Shown: positions 46,992 through 56,875 of the stretch, one piece after another
How positions within the stretch are numbered: position 1 is the first letter of the stretch
Layout: every line of letters begins with the position of its first letter
Origin: Nitrososphaerota archaeon
GTDB lineage: Archaea > Thermoproteota > Nitrososphaeria > Nitrososphaerales > Nitrosopumilaceae
Reading direction: 5' to 3'
DNA length: 64,000 nt
Assembly: GCA_028867755.1 (NCBI GenBank)
Contig: JAGWFT010000001.1
Location: 1,028,727 to 1,092,726, forward strand
Notes under the pieces: generated by a model
The model's database searches: none
Told to the model about the DNA's origin: nothing
Seen by the model: only the letters and a program-made list of their open reading frames with translations
Program-made: the position numbers and the translations under genes

Positions 46992-47930
46992 TTGCACATG
47001 AAAAGAGGTTTAAGACAAATGTGGGTATTTGAGTCACCTGCACTTTCAAGCCCATTAAGAAATTACATATCACTATTTGTATCGTTAGCTAAATCCCGAA
47101 GTCTGGTCTATGGATTTGTCATAGCAACTCTTGGCACATTCCTAATTGCGACGTCTGCACACGCAATTAATTTTTCAGTAGCAATAAGATTACTTGTTTC
47201 AGTATATGCAATAGCACTTGCAACTTATGTCTACAATGATCTTACGGATCAAGAAATTGACCACAGAAATGAGAAGAAAAAGTCAAGTGGGATTCAGCAA
47301 GATCAATATCTGCAAACTAGAAATTATGTGGTTTTCTTCTTTGCCCTTTCCAACATACTAGCATTCTCAATAAACTGGCAAACAGGTTTAGCTGATTCAT
47401 TAGCTGTCGCATTGGCAATTGTCTATTCACATCCAAAAACCCATTTGAAAGACAAATTCATTTTAAAAACTGTAATTACTGGCAGTGGAGGATTCATTGC
47501 ATCTATCATGGGATCCCTAGCTGTAGGAAATGTCCCCCCGCTTGCATTTGTAGCATCATTTACAGTGTTCCTTTTCTATTTCTTGTTAGGTCCACTTGGG
47601 GATATTACAGATATGAAAGGAGATAAAGAGGCTGGAAGAAGAACAATACCCATAGTCATTGGGATACCAAAGAGTTTCTTTTTGATGACATCTGTAGTAT
47701 TGTTTATTGCTAGCATGATTGTCGCATCTTACTTTATATTCGGATTGAACATAATATCAATGGTCATAGGATTAACAATTTGTTCTTATGCAATAATACA
47801 AATAAAAACTACATCAAAGATCTTTTTCAATAAAGAAAAAATGAATAAGACTAGAACAATTCTACGATTTAGTTTCTTTGGCATACAACTTGCTCTAATG
47901 AGCGGGGCGTTGTTAAGCTCAGTAATTTAA
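46992..47930 (+). CDS. UbiA-family prenyltransferase
   Basis: YNDLTDQEIDHRN and GDITDMKGDKEAGRRTIP Asp-rich motifs; several TM helices. Confidence 0.87.
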   Translation: MHMKRGLRQMWVFESPALSSPLRNYISLFVSLAKSRSLVYGFVIATLGTFLIATSAHAINFSVAIRLLVSVYAIALATYVYNDLTDQEIDHRNEKKKSSGIQQDQYLQTRNYVVFFFALSNILAFSINWQTGLADSLAVALAIVYSHPKTHLKDKFILKTVITGSGGFIASIMGSLAVGNVPPLAFVASFTVFLFYFLLGPLGDITDMKGDKEAGRRTIPIVIGIPKSFFLMTSVVLFIASMIVASYFIFGLNIISMVIGLTICSYAIIQIKTTSKIFFNKEKMNKTRTILRFSFFGIQLALMSGALLSSVI

Positions 47931-47933
47931 CAA

Positions 47934-48902
47934 TTATTGTGTTTTTTTGACTAATTGAGGAGGATTTGGTGATGCGGTTTGCCATAGGCCATCAAAAACA
48001 TGTTTCATCTGCTTTGCCACGCTAGAATTATTAGCATAAATCGACAAACTGAACTTGTCAGGATTATGTTTATCTATAATCTCGATGCCGACATGAGAAT
48101 CATCAATAATAATTAGACTAAATGGGACGTTACTATATTTCCTTTCAATCTTTAGAGGATAAAATGGATTAGCTACCACTTGGTTTCTCTCGTTTGTATT
48201 TTTATCTGAGACCATCATCTTGCTTGCTTCTTGAGAGATATATCCACCCACAGTGTTTATGTCGCCTAGTGCTTTAACTTTGGTTCCCATATTTGCTTTT
48301 TTCAACATTGAGTTTATGATGAGTTCGTTTGGATATCTACTCATGAGTATAATCTCTTTTTGAGCTAATTCTATGATCTCTATTGCTTTTGTAACCATAT
48401 CATCATAACTTGAAATGATTTTTAGCGACATTGATTCATTTTTTACTGGATTATCATCAAATCCAATTTTTGTTAGGAAACTAGATATTTCCTTAGAGTC
48501 AAACTTTGAGCTCTTCTTCAACAAATCAATCATTTCTAATTCTTTGATATTTTCTACATTATCGAGAAGACCTACAACATGTTTGTTATAGATAATGGTT
48601 CCAAAACTAGTGTGAGTGTAAGTATTTTCTTTCTTAACCATCAAGCCAAGCTCACAGAGCTGTTTTAGTCTAGTGTAGTATTGTTTCTTGGTAAGACCTA
48701 TTTTTTGAGGTGTATCTAACTCAGATCTAAAACCAGTTTTTGCTAATACGAAAATTTCCAGCGCATCCAATTTTGATAATACTGAGAGTACATCTTCCAT
48801 TCGCTTGAGTGTACTGGTGTTTTTTACTGACAGAATTGAGCCTATTTTCTCATAGCTTGGATCTGTTCCAACTAACGCTGGAGAAGACTTGCGGTTTGCC
48901 AA
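47934..48902 (-). CDS. Winged-HTH transcriptional regulator with TrmB-like C-terminal domain
   Basis: TKKQYYTRLKQLCELGLM HTH; C-terminal LIIIDD...FDGLW. Confidence 0.7.
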   Translation of the reverse strand: MANRKSSPALVGTDPSYEKIGSILSVKNTSTLKRMEDVLSVLSKLDALEIFVLAKTGFRSELDTPQKIGLTKKQYYTRLKQLCELGLMVKKENTYTHTSFGTIIYNKHVVGLLDNVENIKELEMIDLLKKSSKFDSKEISSFLTKIGFDDNPVKNESMSLKIISSYDDMVTKAIEIIELAQKEIILMSRYPNELIINSMLKKANMGTKVKALGDINTVGGYISQEASKMMVSDKNTNERNQVVANPFYPLKIERKYSNVPFSLIIIDDSHVGIEIIDKHNPDKFSLSIYANNSSVAKQMKHVFDGLWQTASPNPPQLVKKTQ

Positions 48903-49192
48903 TGAGTTTTTGTAATATTATACCCATACTTATCTATTTTGAGAGAATAAGGTAGAATTTTCGCCTATATGGCTATAATATAACATAATTTCTACATCTC
49001 CATGCTACGCATAAAAATGCGTCATCCCTAATAGGATAACAGCAAATATCGCTTTACATGTGACCACATTTAATATTTAAAGCAAAAAGAACTGTAGTCA
49101 AGTCATTCATTTCATAAAACTATACCAAAGATTGGGGTTTACCAGTCATCAGATCATAAAACTAAAATTAAAATTTCAAAAGCCAAACATCT

Positions 49193-49408
49193 ATGGTTTT
49201 AACAACACGTGAAAAATGTATAATCGCAATATCACATGCGATGATTCTCTATTCAGCCAGTATGAGAAATGAGGAAAATCCTGGACACAAGTCTGTAATA
49301 GATTTCATATTAAAGAACATACCCCAGGAATTAAAATCAGAGGTATCAATGGAATTAATAGATGACATATTCGAATTTATTTCGAATTCTAAGATGGAAC
49401 TTTCATAA
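49193..49408 (+). CDS. Conserved hypothetical protein
   Basis: 71-aa ORF with ATG start. Confidence 0.7.
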   Translation: MVLTTREKCIIAISHAMILYSASMRNEENPGHKSVIDFILKNIPQELKSEVSMELIDDIFEFISNSKMELS

Positions 49409-49433
49409 ATACCCATCATTATAGAAACATCAT

Positions 49434-50462
49434 ATGACTTCTATTGCGACTCTTGGGTCTCATTGTTCATTACAAGTGTTAAAGGGTGCAAAAGATGAAG
49501 GTTTTAGAACTGTCCTAGTTTGTGAAAAAAAACGAGAACGACTGTATCGTCGTTTTTCCTTTATTGATGAGTTAATCCTAGTAGACACTTTTAACGAGAT
49601 ATTAGATCAGCACTGCTCTTCACAACTTGTTGAAAAAGATTCTATTATGATTCCACATGGAACATTGATTTCACAAATGACTTCATCTGAAATAGAATCA
49701 ATAAAAATTCCAATTTTTGGTAACAAGTGGATTCTAAGATGGGAATCAGATAGGAAGATGAAAGAAAAACTCATGATAGAAGCAAAACTCCATGTTCCAA
49801 AATCAATTTCCAGTCCTAAAGAAATCAATGGATTGTGCATAGCAAAGAGACATGGAGCTGCAGGCGGCAAGGGATATTTTTTAACAACAAGCAAAAAAGA
49901 TTATGAAAAAAAGAGAGACATGTTGATTTCAGATGGTCTGATTAAAGGTGACAGTGACCTGTATCTTCAAGAATATGCTTATGGGGTTTCAGCATACTTG
50001 CAGTATTTTCATTCTGCCATAAATGAACAGCTGGAATTTTTTGGAGTTGATCGTAGATATGAATCAGATATTGATGGTCTTGGTCGCATTCCTGCACTAC
50101 AACAGATGGAAATCAATAAAATTCCGTCATTTAACGTGGTAGGAAATAGCCCATTGGTGCTAAGAGAATCTCTTTTAGACGAGGTTTATGCGATGGGTGA
50201 AAGATTCGTAACTTCAGCAAAGGAATTGGTTTCACACGGTGGCATGATTGGCCCATTTTGTCTAGAAGGAGTGTATGATGACAATGGCAAGTTTACTTCT
50301 TTTGAATTTTCAGCTAGAATAGTGGCAGGAACTAATCTCTACATAGATGGGTCACCATATTCAAGCCTAACTTATGGCGAACCAATGAGTATGGGAAAGA
50401 GAATAGCCAAAGAGATTAAAGATGCAAAAAAGAAAGACCAATTACAAAAAATAATTACTTGA
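49434..50462 (+). CDS. purP: PurP-family formate-dependent AICAR ligase (ATP-grasp)
   Basis: IATLGSHCSLQVLKGAKDEGF, AAGGKGYF, RYESDIDG, GPFCLEG, FEFSARIVAGTN; could be the PurP-like paralog. Confidence 0.88.
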   Translation: MTSIATLGSHCSLQVLKGAKDEGFRTVLVCEKKRERLYRRFSFIDELILVDTFNEILDQHCSSQLVEKDSIMIPHGTLISQMTSSEIESIKIPIFGNKWILRWESDRKMKEKLMIEAKLHVPKSISSPKEINGLCIAKRHGAAGGKGYFLTTSKKDYEKKRDMLISDGLIKGDSDLYLQEYAYGVSAYLQYFHSAINEQLEFFGVDRRYESDIDGLGRIPALQQMEINKIPSFNVVGNSPLVLRESLLDEVYAMGERFVTSAKELVSHGGMIGPFCLEGVYDDNGKFTSFEFSARIVAGTNLYIDGSPYSSLTYGEPMSMGKRIAKEIKDAKKKDQLQKIIT

Positions 50463-50508
50463 TTCCTTTAACTCCAAGTTCAACGTCAATAAAAAATTAC
50501 TAAAGTAA

Positions 50509-51894
50509 TCATCCCATAGTTAATGTTGCAGTATGAAATTTTACTATAATACTATATGTTCTATCATTATAGGTAGCTGTAAATGATTTGTCTCTAGGTG
50601 CGTTATTTTTTATTATTATGTCAGCTATGCCTCCAGTATCATAATCAGAAAATATTCCTGCATTAGGTACAAGCTCATGAATAGTGAGTGGAACAGATAA
50701 TGAATTAATGGATTCTGTACGCTTTAGCCCGCGGCTGTCAGAAAATAATGTTTGGATTCCATTGCTTTGTTGGTTTGCTACAACTACTCCTTGCGGATTA
50801 GGATTTTCAGTCAATCTGCCATTATGGTTAAACATGAAGGTTGTCAGATTACCAATAAGATTCTGCATTGCAAGGGTTCCGTCTGCATCAGGTTTGCCAT
50901 CATTTCCAAATGCCATATAATATAATGTGTTGTTAGTAATTGAAGCCCCCCAAGTCCAAGAATCTTCTGAAGTAGGATCAATGTTGAGCTGTGGATCAAG
51001 CAGATCCCCTTGAACTTGAGAACCTTGAGGAAAGTCAGGCCTATCTGCAAAGACGTGAATCAAATTAGTTGGGATTCTGTCAAAAGTTAGATTAACTATT
51101 TGATCTCCTCCAGCGTTTTGATAATCAACTGTTACAGGAGTTGGAATTGCTGAAAAATCATACAATTGTATAATTGGCCAAACATTTTCATAAGTGGTAC
51201 CTGCTGCAAATCCATTTACATTTGTGTTTAAAGTCTTATTCTCCCGTATTACATGCTCCATTTGATTTGTGGTCAGTGTTCCCTGCACATTTGTACATAC
51301 GGGTAAATTGGATGGAGTGATTTTGGCTCCACCGTTATTAGTGTCATTAATCGAGCCATATCCACCCCTAGCAATTGTAAACCCAGTAGTATCAGAATAA
51401 TCGACTCCAGAGTGAGGTGAGAAGGAACTACCAGGATTACAAAAACCGCCAAAATCCAACCCTTTACCAGAAAGTACTGCAGTGTTAGCAGCTGCAATTG
51501 CCTGATTTCTATCGGCAAAATAACCATACCAGTTACCATCAGTACCTTGTGCCAGCCTCAGCCTTTTACCATTTACAGTTACTACAGGTTCTCCATAAGA
51601 TTGATCTAATCGCTGTATATTTGGATCAGACACTATAACTTCTATTACCATGGGTCCAGCAAAATAATTTTTGAATAACGGATTTTCTGCAGAAACATAC
51701 AGATTTGGATTAGACGATACGTGTTGAACTGGTTCATATTTTGGAAGTAATCCTTCCATGGCATGTACTGGTTTTATTGTAGTTGGTAAAAGAACAATAA
51801 AACTAGATACAAGTATCAAAAGAATAAACAGAAAAATCTCCCCTGTGCTTAATGGTTTAAAAATCAACCCATTATCCCGGACAAAACCAAGCAT
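50509..51894 (-). CDS. Secreted protein matching only the N-terminal domains of thaumarchaeal S-layer protein SlaA
   Basis: Signal peptide, then NLYVSAENP, GPMVIEVIVSD, GEPVVTVNGK, DGNWYGYFADR, WPIIQLY, LNIDPTSEDSWT; stops at 461 aa. Confidence 0.8.
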   Translation of the reverse strand: MLGFVRDNGLIFKPLSTGEIFLFILLILVSSFIVLLPTTIKPVHAMEGLLPKYEPVQHVSSNPNLYVSAENPLFKNYFAGPMVIEVIVSDPNIQRLDQSYGEPVVTVNGKRLRLAQGTDGNWYGYFADRNQAIAAANTAVLSGKGLDFGGFCNPGSSFSPHSGVDYSDTTGFTIARGGYGSINDTNNGGAKITPSNLPVCTNVQGTLTTNQMEHVIRENKTLNTNVNGFAAGTTYENVWPIIQLYDFSAIPTPVTVDYQNAGGDQIVNLTFDRIPTNLIHVFADRPDFPQGSQVQGDLLDPQLNIDPTSEDSWTWGASITNNTLYYMAFGNDGKPDADGTLAMQNLIGNLTTFMFNHNGRLTENPNPQGVVVANQQSNGIQTLFSDSRGLKRTESINSLSVPLTIHELVPNAGIFSDYDTGGIADIIIKNNAPRDKSFTATYNDRTYSIIVKFHTATLTMG

Positions 51895-51954
51895 TTAATC
51901 TTATAGCTAATAAAATGTATACTTGTACGTATTTTTCATTTCCTAAAACTAAAA

Positions 51955-52800
51955 TTATGCTCCGCCCATTGTAACTATAAGATCAGTGATAAATCCTGCA
52001 CAGACACCAACAAAGATGCCAAGCATTATGACATTATTTGTGGTCTGTTTTCTTCCTGAATTATACATCAGCATCGAGACATAAATCAGTGCACCTCCAG
52101 CAATTGACAAAAATAGAATGTAAGCGACATTTGAGAATATTAAACTTCCAAGTACTGTTCCAAGAAATGTCGGGCCACCACCTATGAGGCCTGCCAATAA
52201 CAAAAATCTGACAGTTGGTTTTTTTAACACCCCAGTGAGAGGACCTGCGATTCCAAATCCTTCAGTAGTATTATGAGCACCAAATCCAATTATTAGTAGA
52301 ATAGCTAGCCCTATTTCGCCTGCAGCATATGATTGTCCGATGGCCAGACCCTCACTAAAGTTATGAGCACCGATTCCTACAGCAATCATCATAGCTAGTC
52401 GATATGCATTTGTATCGTGAAGTGTTTGACGTAGATGATCATCTCCTTTTTGGATATTTTCAAGTGAAAGAATCTGTGGTACATTTTTTGTCATGGTCTT
52501 GTGTTCAAACCATGTAAGTCCAAGTAATCCAATTGCAATACCACCAAAAAATACTAAAAGATCAATGACAGCACCGCCAAATGGTGCTTTACCTGAGAAT
52601 GCACCAATCACAGCATCAGATTCAGATTCGTAACTATGACTGAACACATCAATTATGAGAAATACTAGAATGCCTAACGCAACTGCATTGAGGAACCCCT
52701 TCTTTTTTGTGCTCAAGTTCTTCATTACTGCAAGTGGCAAGCCCAAAAAAATTGTAAAGCCTGCAATTGCTCCCAACATAATTAGCTGCCAGTAATCCAT
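51955..52800 (-). CDS. zupT: ZIP-family divalent metal transporter
   Basis: GIGAHNFSEGLAIG, GFGAHNTTEG, AGGALIYV. Confidence 0.9.
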   Translation of the reverse strand: MDYWQLIMLGAIAGFTIFLGLPLAVMKNLSTKKKGFLNAVALGILVFLIIDVFSHSYESESDAVIGAFSGKAPFGGAVIDLLVFFGGIAIGLLGLTWFEHKTMTKNVPQILSLENIQKGDDHLRQTLHDTNAYRLAMMIAVGIGAHNFSEGLAIGQSYAAGEIGLAILLIIGFGAHNTTEGFGIAGPLTGVLKKPTVRFLLLAGLIGGGPTFLGTVLGSLIFSNVAYILFLSIAGGALIYVSMLMYNSGRKQTTNNVIMLGIFVGVCAGFITDLIVTMGGA

Positions 52801-52807
52801 TCAACCG

Positions 52808-52832
52808 TTAGGATAAGCTAACTTTATTTAAA
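52808..52832 (-). promoter_or_regulatory. ZIP promoter: TATA plus DtxR/IdeR-like operator
   Basis: TTTAAATA 25-32 nt upstream of ATG; TTAGGATAAGCTAACTTTA (52808-52826) matches 16/19 of TWAGGTWAGSCTWACCTWA. Confidence 0.55.
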
Positions 52833-52842
52833 CCCCAAACTT

Positions 52843-52897
52843 ATTCTAAAAATTTAGAATACCACCACATCTGGTTTAAATAGTTAGGCCCACCTAA
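52843..52897. promoter_or_regulatory. Inverted repeats in the divergent ZIP/wHTH promoter
   Basis: ATTCTAAA-N2-TTTAGAAT (52843-52860) and TTAGG-N4-CCTAA (52884-52897), the latter just after a TTTAAATA box. Confidence 0.45.
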
Positions 52898-52908
52898 TTC
52901 AAAAAACA

Positions 52909-53247
52909 TTGAAGAAAAAAATATCATTTGCACAGCTAAGAAAATATGATGTAAGTCAGAAAGTTTTTGAAGCGTTAGCTGATGCACAATCTCGCACAAT
53001 ATTATTTTCTATCATCAAAGAAGGAAAAACTGCAATGGAATTATCAGAAAAACATCGCATCCCATTAAGCTCAGTATACAAAAAAATTACAGATCTGGAA
53101 AATATTGCTCTTGTGAAAGTTGACAAATGGGAGTTATCAGATGGCGGTAAAAGATTCAAAGTTTACAAGAGTAGAATCAGCAAAGCTGAAATCAGTATCA
53201 AAAAACCAGAGCCTGCAATCATTCTAACCCCAAATCAAGATACATAG
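52909..53247 (+). CDS. ArsR-like winged-HTH regulator
   Basis: EALADAQSRTIL, IPLSSVYKKITDLEN, GKRFKVYKSR. Confidence 0.85.
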   Translation: MKKKISFAQLRKYDVSQKVFEALADAQSRTILFSIIKEGKTAMELSEKHRIPLSSVYKKITDLENIALVKVDKWELSDGGKRFKVYKSRISKAEISIKKPEPAIILTPNQDT

Positions 53248-53293
53248 AATTTCATATTTGTACTAGTCTTAACAAAATAGCACCAAAGTAGTT

Positions 53294-53977
53294 TTGACAA
53301 ATCCTAATATTGGCATAAAGTTCAGCAAAAACGTGAAAAAGCACTATGTTGTTATACCTATAGCTATAGCAATTGCTGCCGTATCGATATATCTATTCTA
53401 CCCACATGAAGACAGTACTGCCACCAATACAGTATCCGCCCAAACATTGATGGAGAATGGCTCACCCATATTGGGAGACCCTAATGCAAAAATTACCATT
53501 GTAGAGTTTGGAGACTATCAATGTACGTATTGTCATTTATTTCATCAAGATACCAAAGATCAGTTAATTCAAGAATATGTTAATACAGGAAAAGTAAATT
53601 TTGTGTTTCGAGACTTTCCTCTAAATGGTCCTGACTCGGTATTAGCTGCAGAAGCAGCATATTGTGCAAATGACCAAAATAAATATTGGCAATATCATGA
53701 TGAATTATACAATAATTGGGGCGGAGAAAGAACTGGATGGGTTAACCAAAAATCGCTTGATCAGTTTGCAACAAATGTTGGGCTTGATTTAGGCCAATTT
53801 GACAACTGTATGGACGCTAAAAAGTATGAAAGCAAAGTACTAGATAACCAAAAATTTGGTCAAGAGATCGGTATTGATGGAACCCCATCATTCATCATAT
53901 TTAATGACAAAAAGATCACAAGGGTTGTAGGTGCTCAGCCTTTCTCTTTTTTCAAGCAAGTACTAGATAACATCTAA
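53294..53977 (+). CDS. Membrane-anchored DsbA-family oxidoreductase (paralog of 4576-5277)
   Basis: EFGDYQCTYC, GTP, VVGAQPF. Confidence 0.88.
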   Translation: MTNPNIGIKFSKNVKKHYVVIPIAIAIAAVSIYLFYPHEDSTATNTVSAQTLMENGSPILGDPNAKITIVEFGDYQCTYCHLFHQDTKDQLIQEYVNTGKVNFVFRDFPLNGPDSVLAAEAAYCANDQNKYWQYHDELYNNWGGERTGWVNQKSLDQFATNVGLDLGQFDNCMDAKKYESKVLDNQKFGQEIGIDGTPSFIIFNDKKITRVVGAQPFSFFKQVLDNI

Positions 53978-53999
53978 TCTCATCTGGAAAGTAATGTAA

Positions 54000-55274
54000 A
54001 TGGTAAAACCAAAAATCGAAAAACAAGATTCTGTAAAACTATACAGGCTACGAAAAACACTAGAAGAGTTATCTGACAAAAGTGGACGTGGGACAGAATT
54101 AATCTCCCTTTATGCTCCACCAAAAAAAGCTCTTCATGAAATCATAAATGGGTTAAGAGAAGAGCAAGGTACTGCGGACAACATAAAATCAGACCTCACT
54201 CGTACTCATGTGGTTGATGCGTTATCAAGAGTAATCCAGCGTTTAAAATTATACAAAAAAACACCTGATACTGGATTAGTGATGTTCTGCGGTGCTCTCC
54301 CACCAGAGGGCGGAGGGCCTATTGGCAGCGAAGTCATAAAATTATACGAGATAGAGCCTCCAAAAGAACTCCAGACATTTCTTTATCGCTGCGATGATCA
54401 TTTTCACGTAGATATTCTAAAAGACATGCTCAAAGAAGAAAATATGATAGGATTTCTTGCAATAGATGCAAAAGATGCAGGATGGGGCCTGTTACATGGG
54501 GACAAATTGGATGTATTATCTGAAACATCATCAGGTGTTGCAGGCAAACATAGACAAGGCGGACAATCTGCAAGAAGATTTGAGAGATTAAGAGAGATGG
54601 AGCTCAATGACTATTATAACAGAGTAGCACATACAACAAAAGAATATTTCATAGATATCTATCCGATAAAAGGGCTCGTTGTTTCAGGACCTGGCCCAAC
54701 AAAAGAGAATTTTGTAAAAGAAGAATATCTAGAATACAGACTTCAGAATGCAATTATTGCCACACTTGATACGTCATATGCTGGTGCCGAAGGAGTAAGA
54801 GAGGCTTTCTCAAGAGCACAAGATGTACTTACGGACTTTAGAATGGTAGAAGAGAAAAGACTGGTAGAGAAGCTATTTTACGACATACATAACACAAATG
54901 GCCTTGCCACTTATGGTTTGAATGAGATAATAGACCTGCTCAAAAGAAATGTGGTAGATACCATACTGATAACCGATGACACTAATTTACGCAAGATTGA
55001 CATCACATGCAAGAGATGTCAAAATATACAATCAGAGATCCTAGAAAGACCAAAGGTAATATCAAGAATACAGGATCTCTTGAGTAAACCATGTCCTAGC
55101 TGCAAGAGCATGGATCTGGAATCATCAGAAAAGGACATTGTGGATTATTTGGCCTTACTTTCTGGCGAGACAGGAACCAAGATAGAGGTGATATCTGGCA
55201 CTACCGAGCATGGCGCAATGCTATCAAGCATAGGAAAAGTAGGTGCATTTTTGAGATACAATCCAAATCAATAG
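54000..55274 (+). CDS. prf1: Peptide chain release factor aRF1
   Basis: GTELISLY, NIKS, YRCDD, GGQS; CKRC...CPSC insertion in domain 3. Confidence 0.97.
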   Translation: MVKPKIEKQDSVKLYRLRKTLEELSDKSGRGTELISLYAPPKKALHEIINGLREEQGTADNIKSDLTRTHVVDALSRVIQRLKLYKKTPDTGLVMFCGALPPEGGGPIGSEVIKLYEIEPPKELQTFLYRCDDHFHVDILKDMLKEENMIGFLAIDAKDAGWGLLHGDKLDVLSETSSGVAGKHRQGGQSARRFERLREMELNDYYNRVAHTTKEYFIDIYPIKGLVVSGPGPTKENFVKEEYLEYRLQNAIIATLDTSYAGAEGVREAFSRAQDVLTDFRMVEEKRLVEKLFYDIHNTNGLATYGLNEIIDLLKRNVVDTILITDDTNLRKIDITCKRCQNIQSEILERPKVISRIQDLLSKPCPSCKSMDLESSEKDIVDYLALLSGETGTKIEVISGTTEHGAMLSSIGKVGAFLRYNPNQ

Positions 55275-55315
55275 TAAAGATTACAAAATTATGTAACTCC
55301 AAGTATCAAATTTTT

Positions 55316-56875
55316 TTATTTTGGAATTGTAAAAATAAATGTGGCCCCCTGACCATACTTACTTTCAAACCATAACTTTCCACCATGGGTTTCTACTATC
55401 CCTTTGCATATAACAAGACCAAGCCCACTACCACTTGACTCTCTAGTAGAAGAAGTATCCGCTTGATAGAATTTTCTAAATATTTTATCCTTGTCCTCAT
55501 CTCTGATACCCCTACCATTATCTTTAACTAAGATTTTGATTTCAGACGGTGAGTCGTTAGCGATAATTTCTATTTTCCCAGTTTGCGGATTACATACATT
55601 CAGGCTATTTTTAATCAGATTTGTTATGACTTGCTTAATTCTTGCATCATCATAACTTACAAAAATATCACTATTTACATGATTTACAAGTGAAATGGTT
55701 TTGTCTGAAGCAACTGTTTTCAATGCATCAACTGATTTTTTCACTGTATCTTTGATGTTATTTTTTTGTTTTATGATTTTTAGCTGACCCAATTCTAATT
55801 TTTGAACATCCAGTATATCGGATATTAGGTTTAACAGAGAACCAGCATTATCTTTTATTATTTGTAGTCTCTCCTTCTGATCATCAGTAAGATGACCTAG
55901 ATGACCGTTAAGCAGGATATCTGCATATCCTTGTATGGGGACTAGTGGCGTTTTCAATTCATGAGTTAACATTACAGCAAATTCATCCTTGGTTTTATCA
56001 GTCTGTAATAATTTTTCATGAACTTGCTCAAGTTGGACTGACTGCTTTTTGATAAAATTAGTCAGTCGTTGATATCTGATAATTAACAATGGTACAGATA
56101 CAAAAAGCAGGAACCCTGAAATAAGAAGAATTTGGCCATATGTATTGCCAGATTCATCAAATGGTGAATCCCAAATTTGATATTTGAGCACATAATAATT
56201 TTGTAAATTATATCCAAAGAGATCTGTATTTTTTTGTATAACTAGTGAGTTTTGTAACTCGTCAGCAGAAAAGAGGACATTACCTTGCTGGATTCGGCCA
56301 TCCTTAACCTCAATTTGGTATAAAGTCCTATTATTATCCTGATTGGACAATATCAACTTGAAATTATTACTAAATATTACAGGGTTTACAAAAGAATCAA
56401 ACGGGACCGAAAGTATGACCGCCTCACTAGGTTGAGAAAGCTGAAACACAGCATTCATTACCTTGACTCCTCCCAATTCTGCAGGATATTGTGCATACAG
56501 CGAGCTTACATTAGAGCCTTCAAATTCTTGATAAGGATAAGATTCAATAATTTTTCCATTATTCTCAACTATGATATTTTTTATTTGTGAGTTTTGTTCA
56601 AGTATTATTCTACTATAATTATCAAATTGTTGGTCACTTACTAATGATGATTGATTATAAAACTCATTTAGAGTAGCTGCAGCTTGTTTGATTTGATTAT
56701 CTTGCTTTGAGATTTCATCCTCTATTACTTTTCTTTCATCTTCTTTATTTTGACTGACAATTTGTGTTTGATAGTTAGTTATCTGATAATTTGTTATCAG
56801 TACAACAGCTAGAATTATAACACCTACTATGATCGGTTGGACATATGTGGTTTTGATTGACTGTGATTTAATAAT
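55316..56875 (-). CDS. Membrane sensor histidine kinase (TM-extracellular domain-TM-HisKA-HATPase); apparent ATT start
   Basis: THELKTPL, NLIKNS, DNGRG, FYQ, GSGLGL. The frame stays open 133 codons upstream of the track start to TAA ATT ATT and includes a TM helix. Confidence 0.88.
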   Translation of the reverse strand: MIKSQSIKTTYVQPIIVGVIILAVVLITNYQITNYQTQIVSQNKEDERKVIEDEISKQDNQIKQAAATLNEFYNQSSLVSDQQFDNYSRIILEQNSQIKNIIVENNGKIIESYPYQEFEGSNVSSLYAQYPAELGGVKVMNAVFQLSQPSEAVILSVPFDSFVNPVIFSNNFKLILSNQDNNRTLYQIEVKDGRIQQGNVLFSADELQNSLVIQKNTDLFGYNLQNYYVLKYQIWDSPFDESGNTYGQILLISGFLLFVSVPLLIIRYQRLTNFIKKQSVQLEQVHEKLLQTDKTKDEFAVMLTHELKTPLVPIQGYADILLNGHLGHLTDDQKERLQIIKDNAGSLLNLISDILDVQKLELGQLKIIKQKNNIKDTVKKSVDALKTVASDKTISLVNHVNSDIFVSYDDARIKQVITNLIKNSLNVCNPQTGKIEIIANDSPSEIKILVKDNGRGIRDEDKDKIFRKFYQADTSSTRESSGSGLGLVICKGIVETHGGKLWFESKYGQGATFIFTIPK

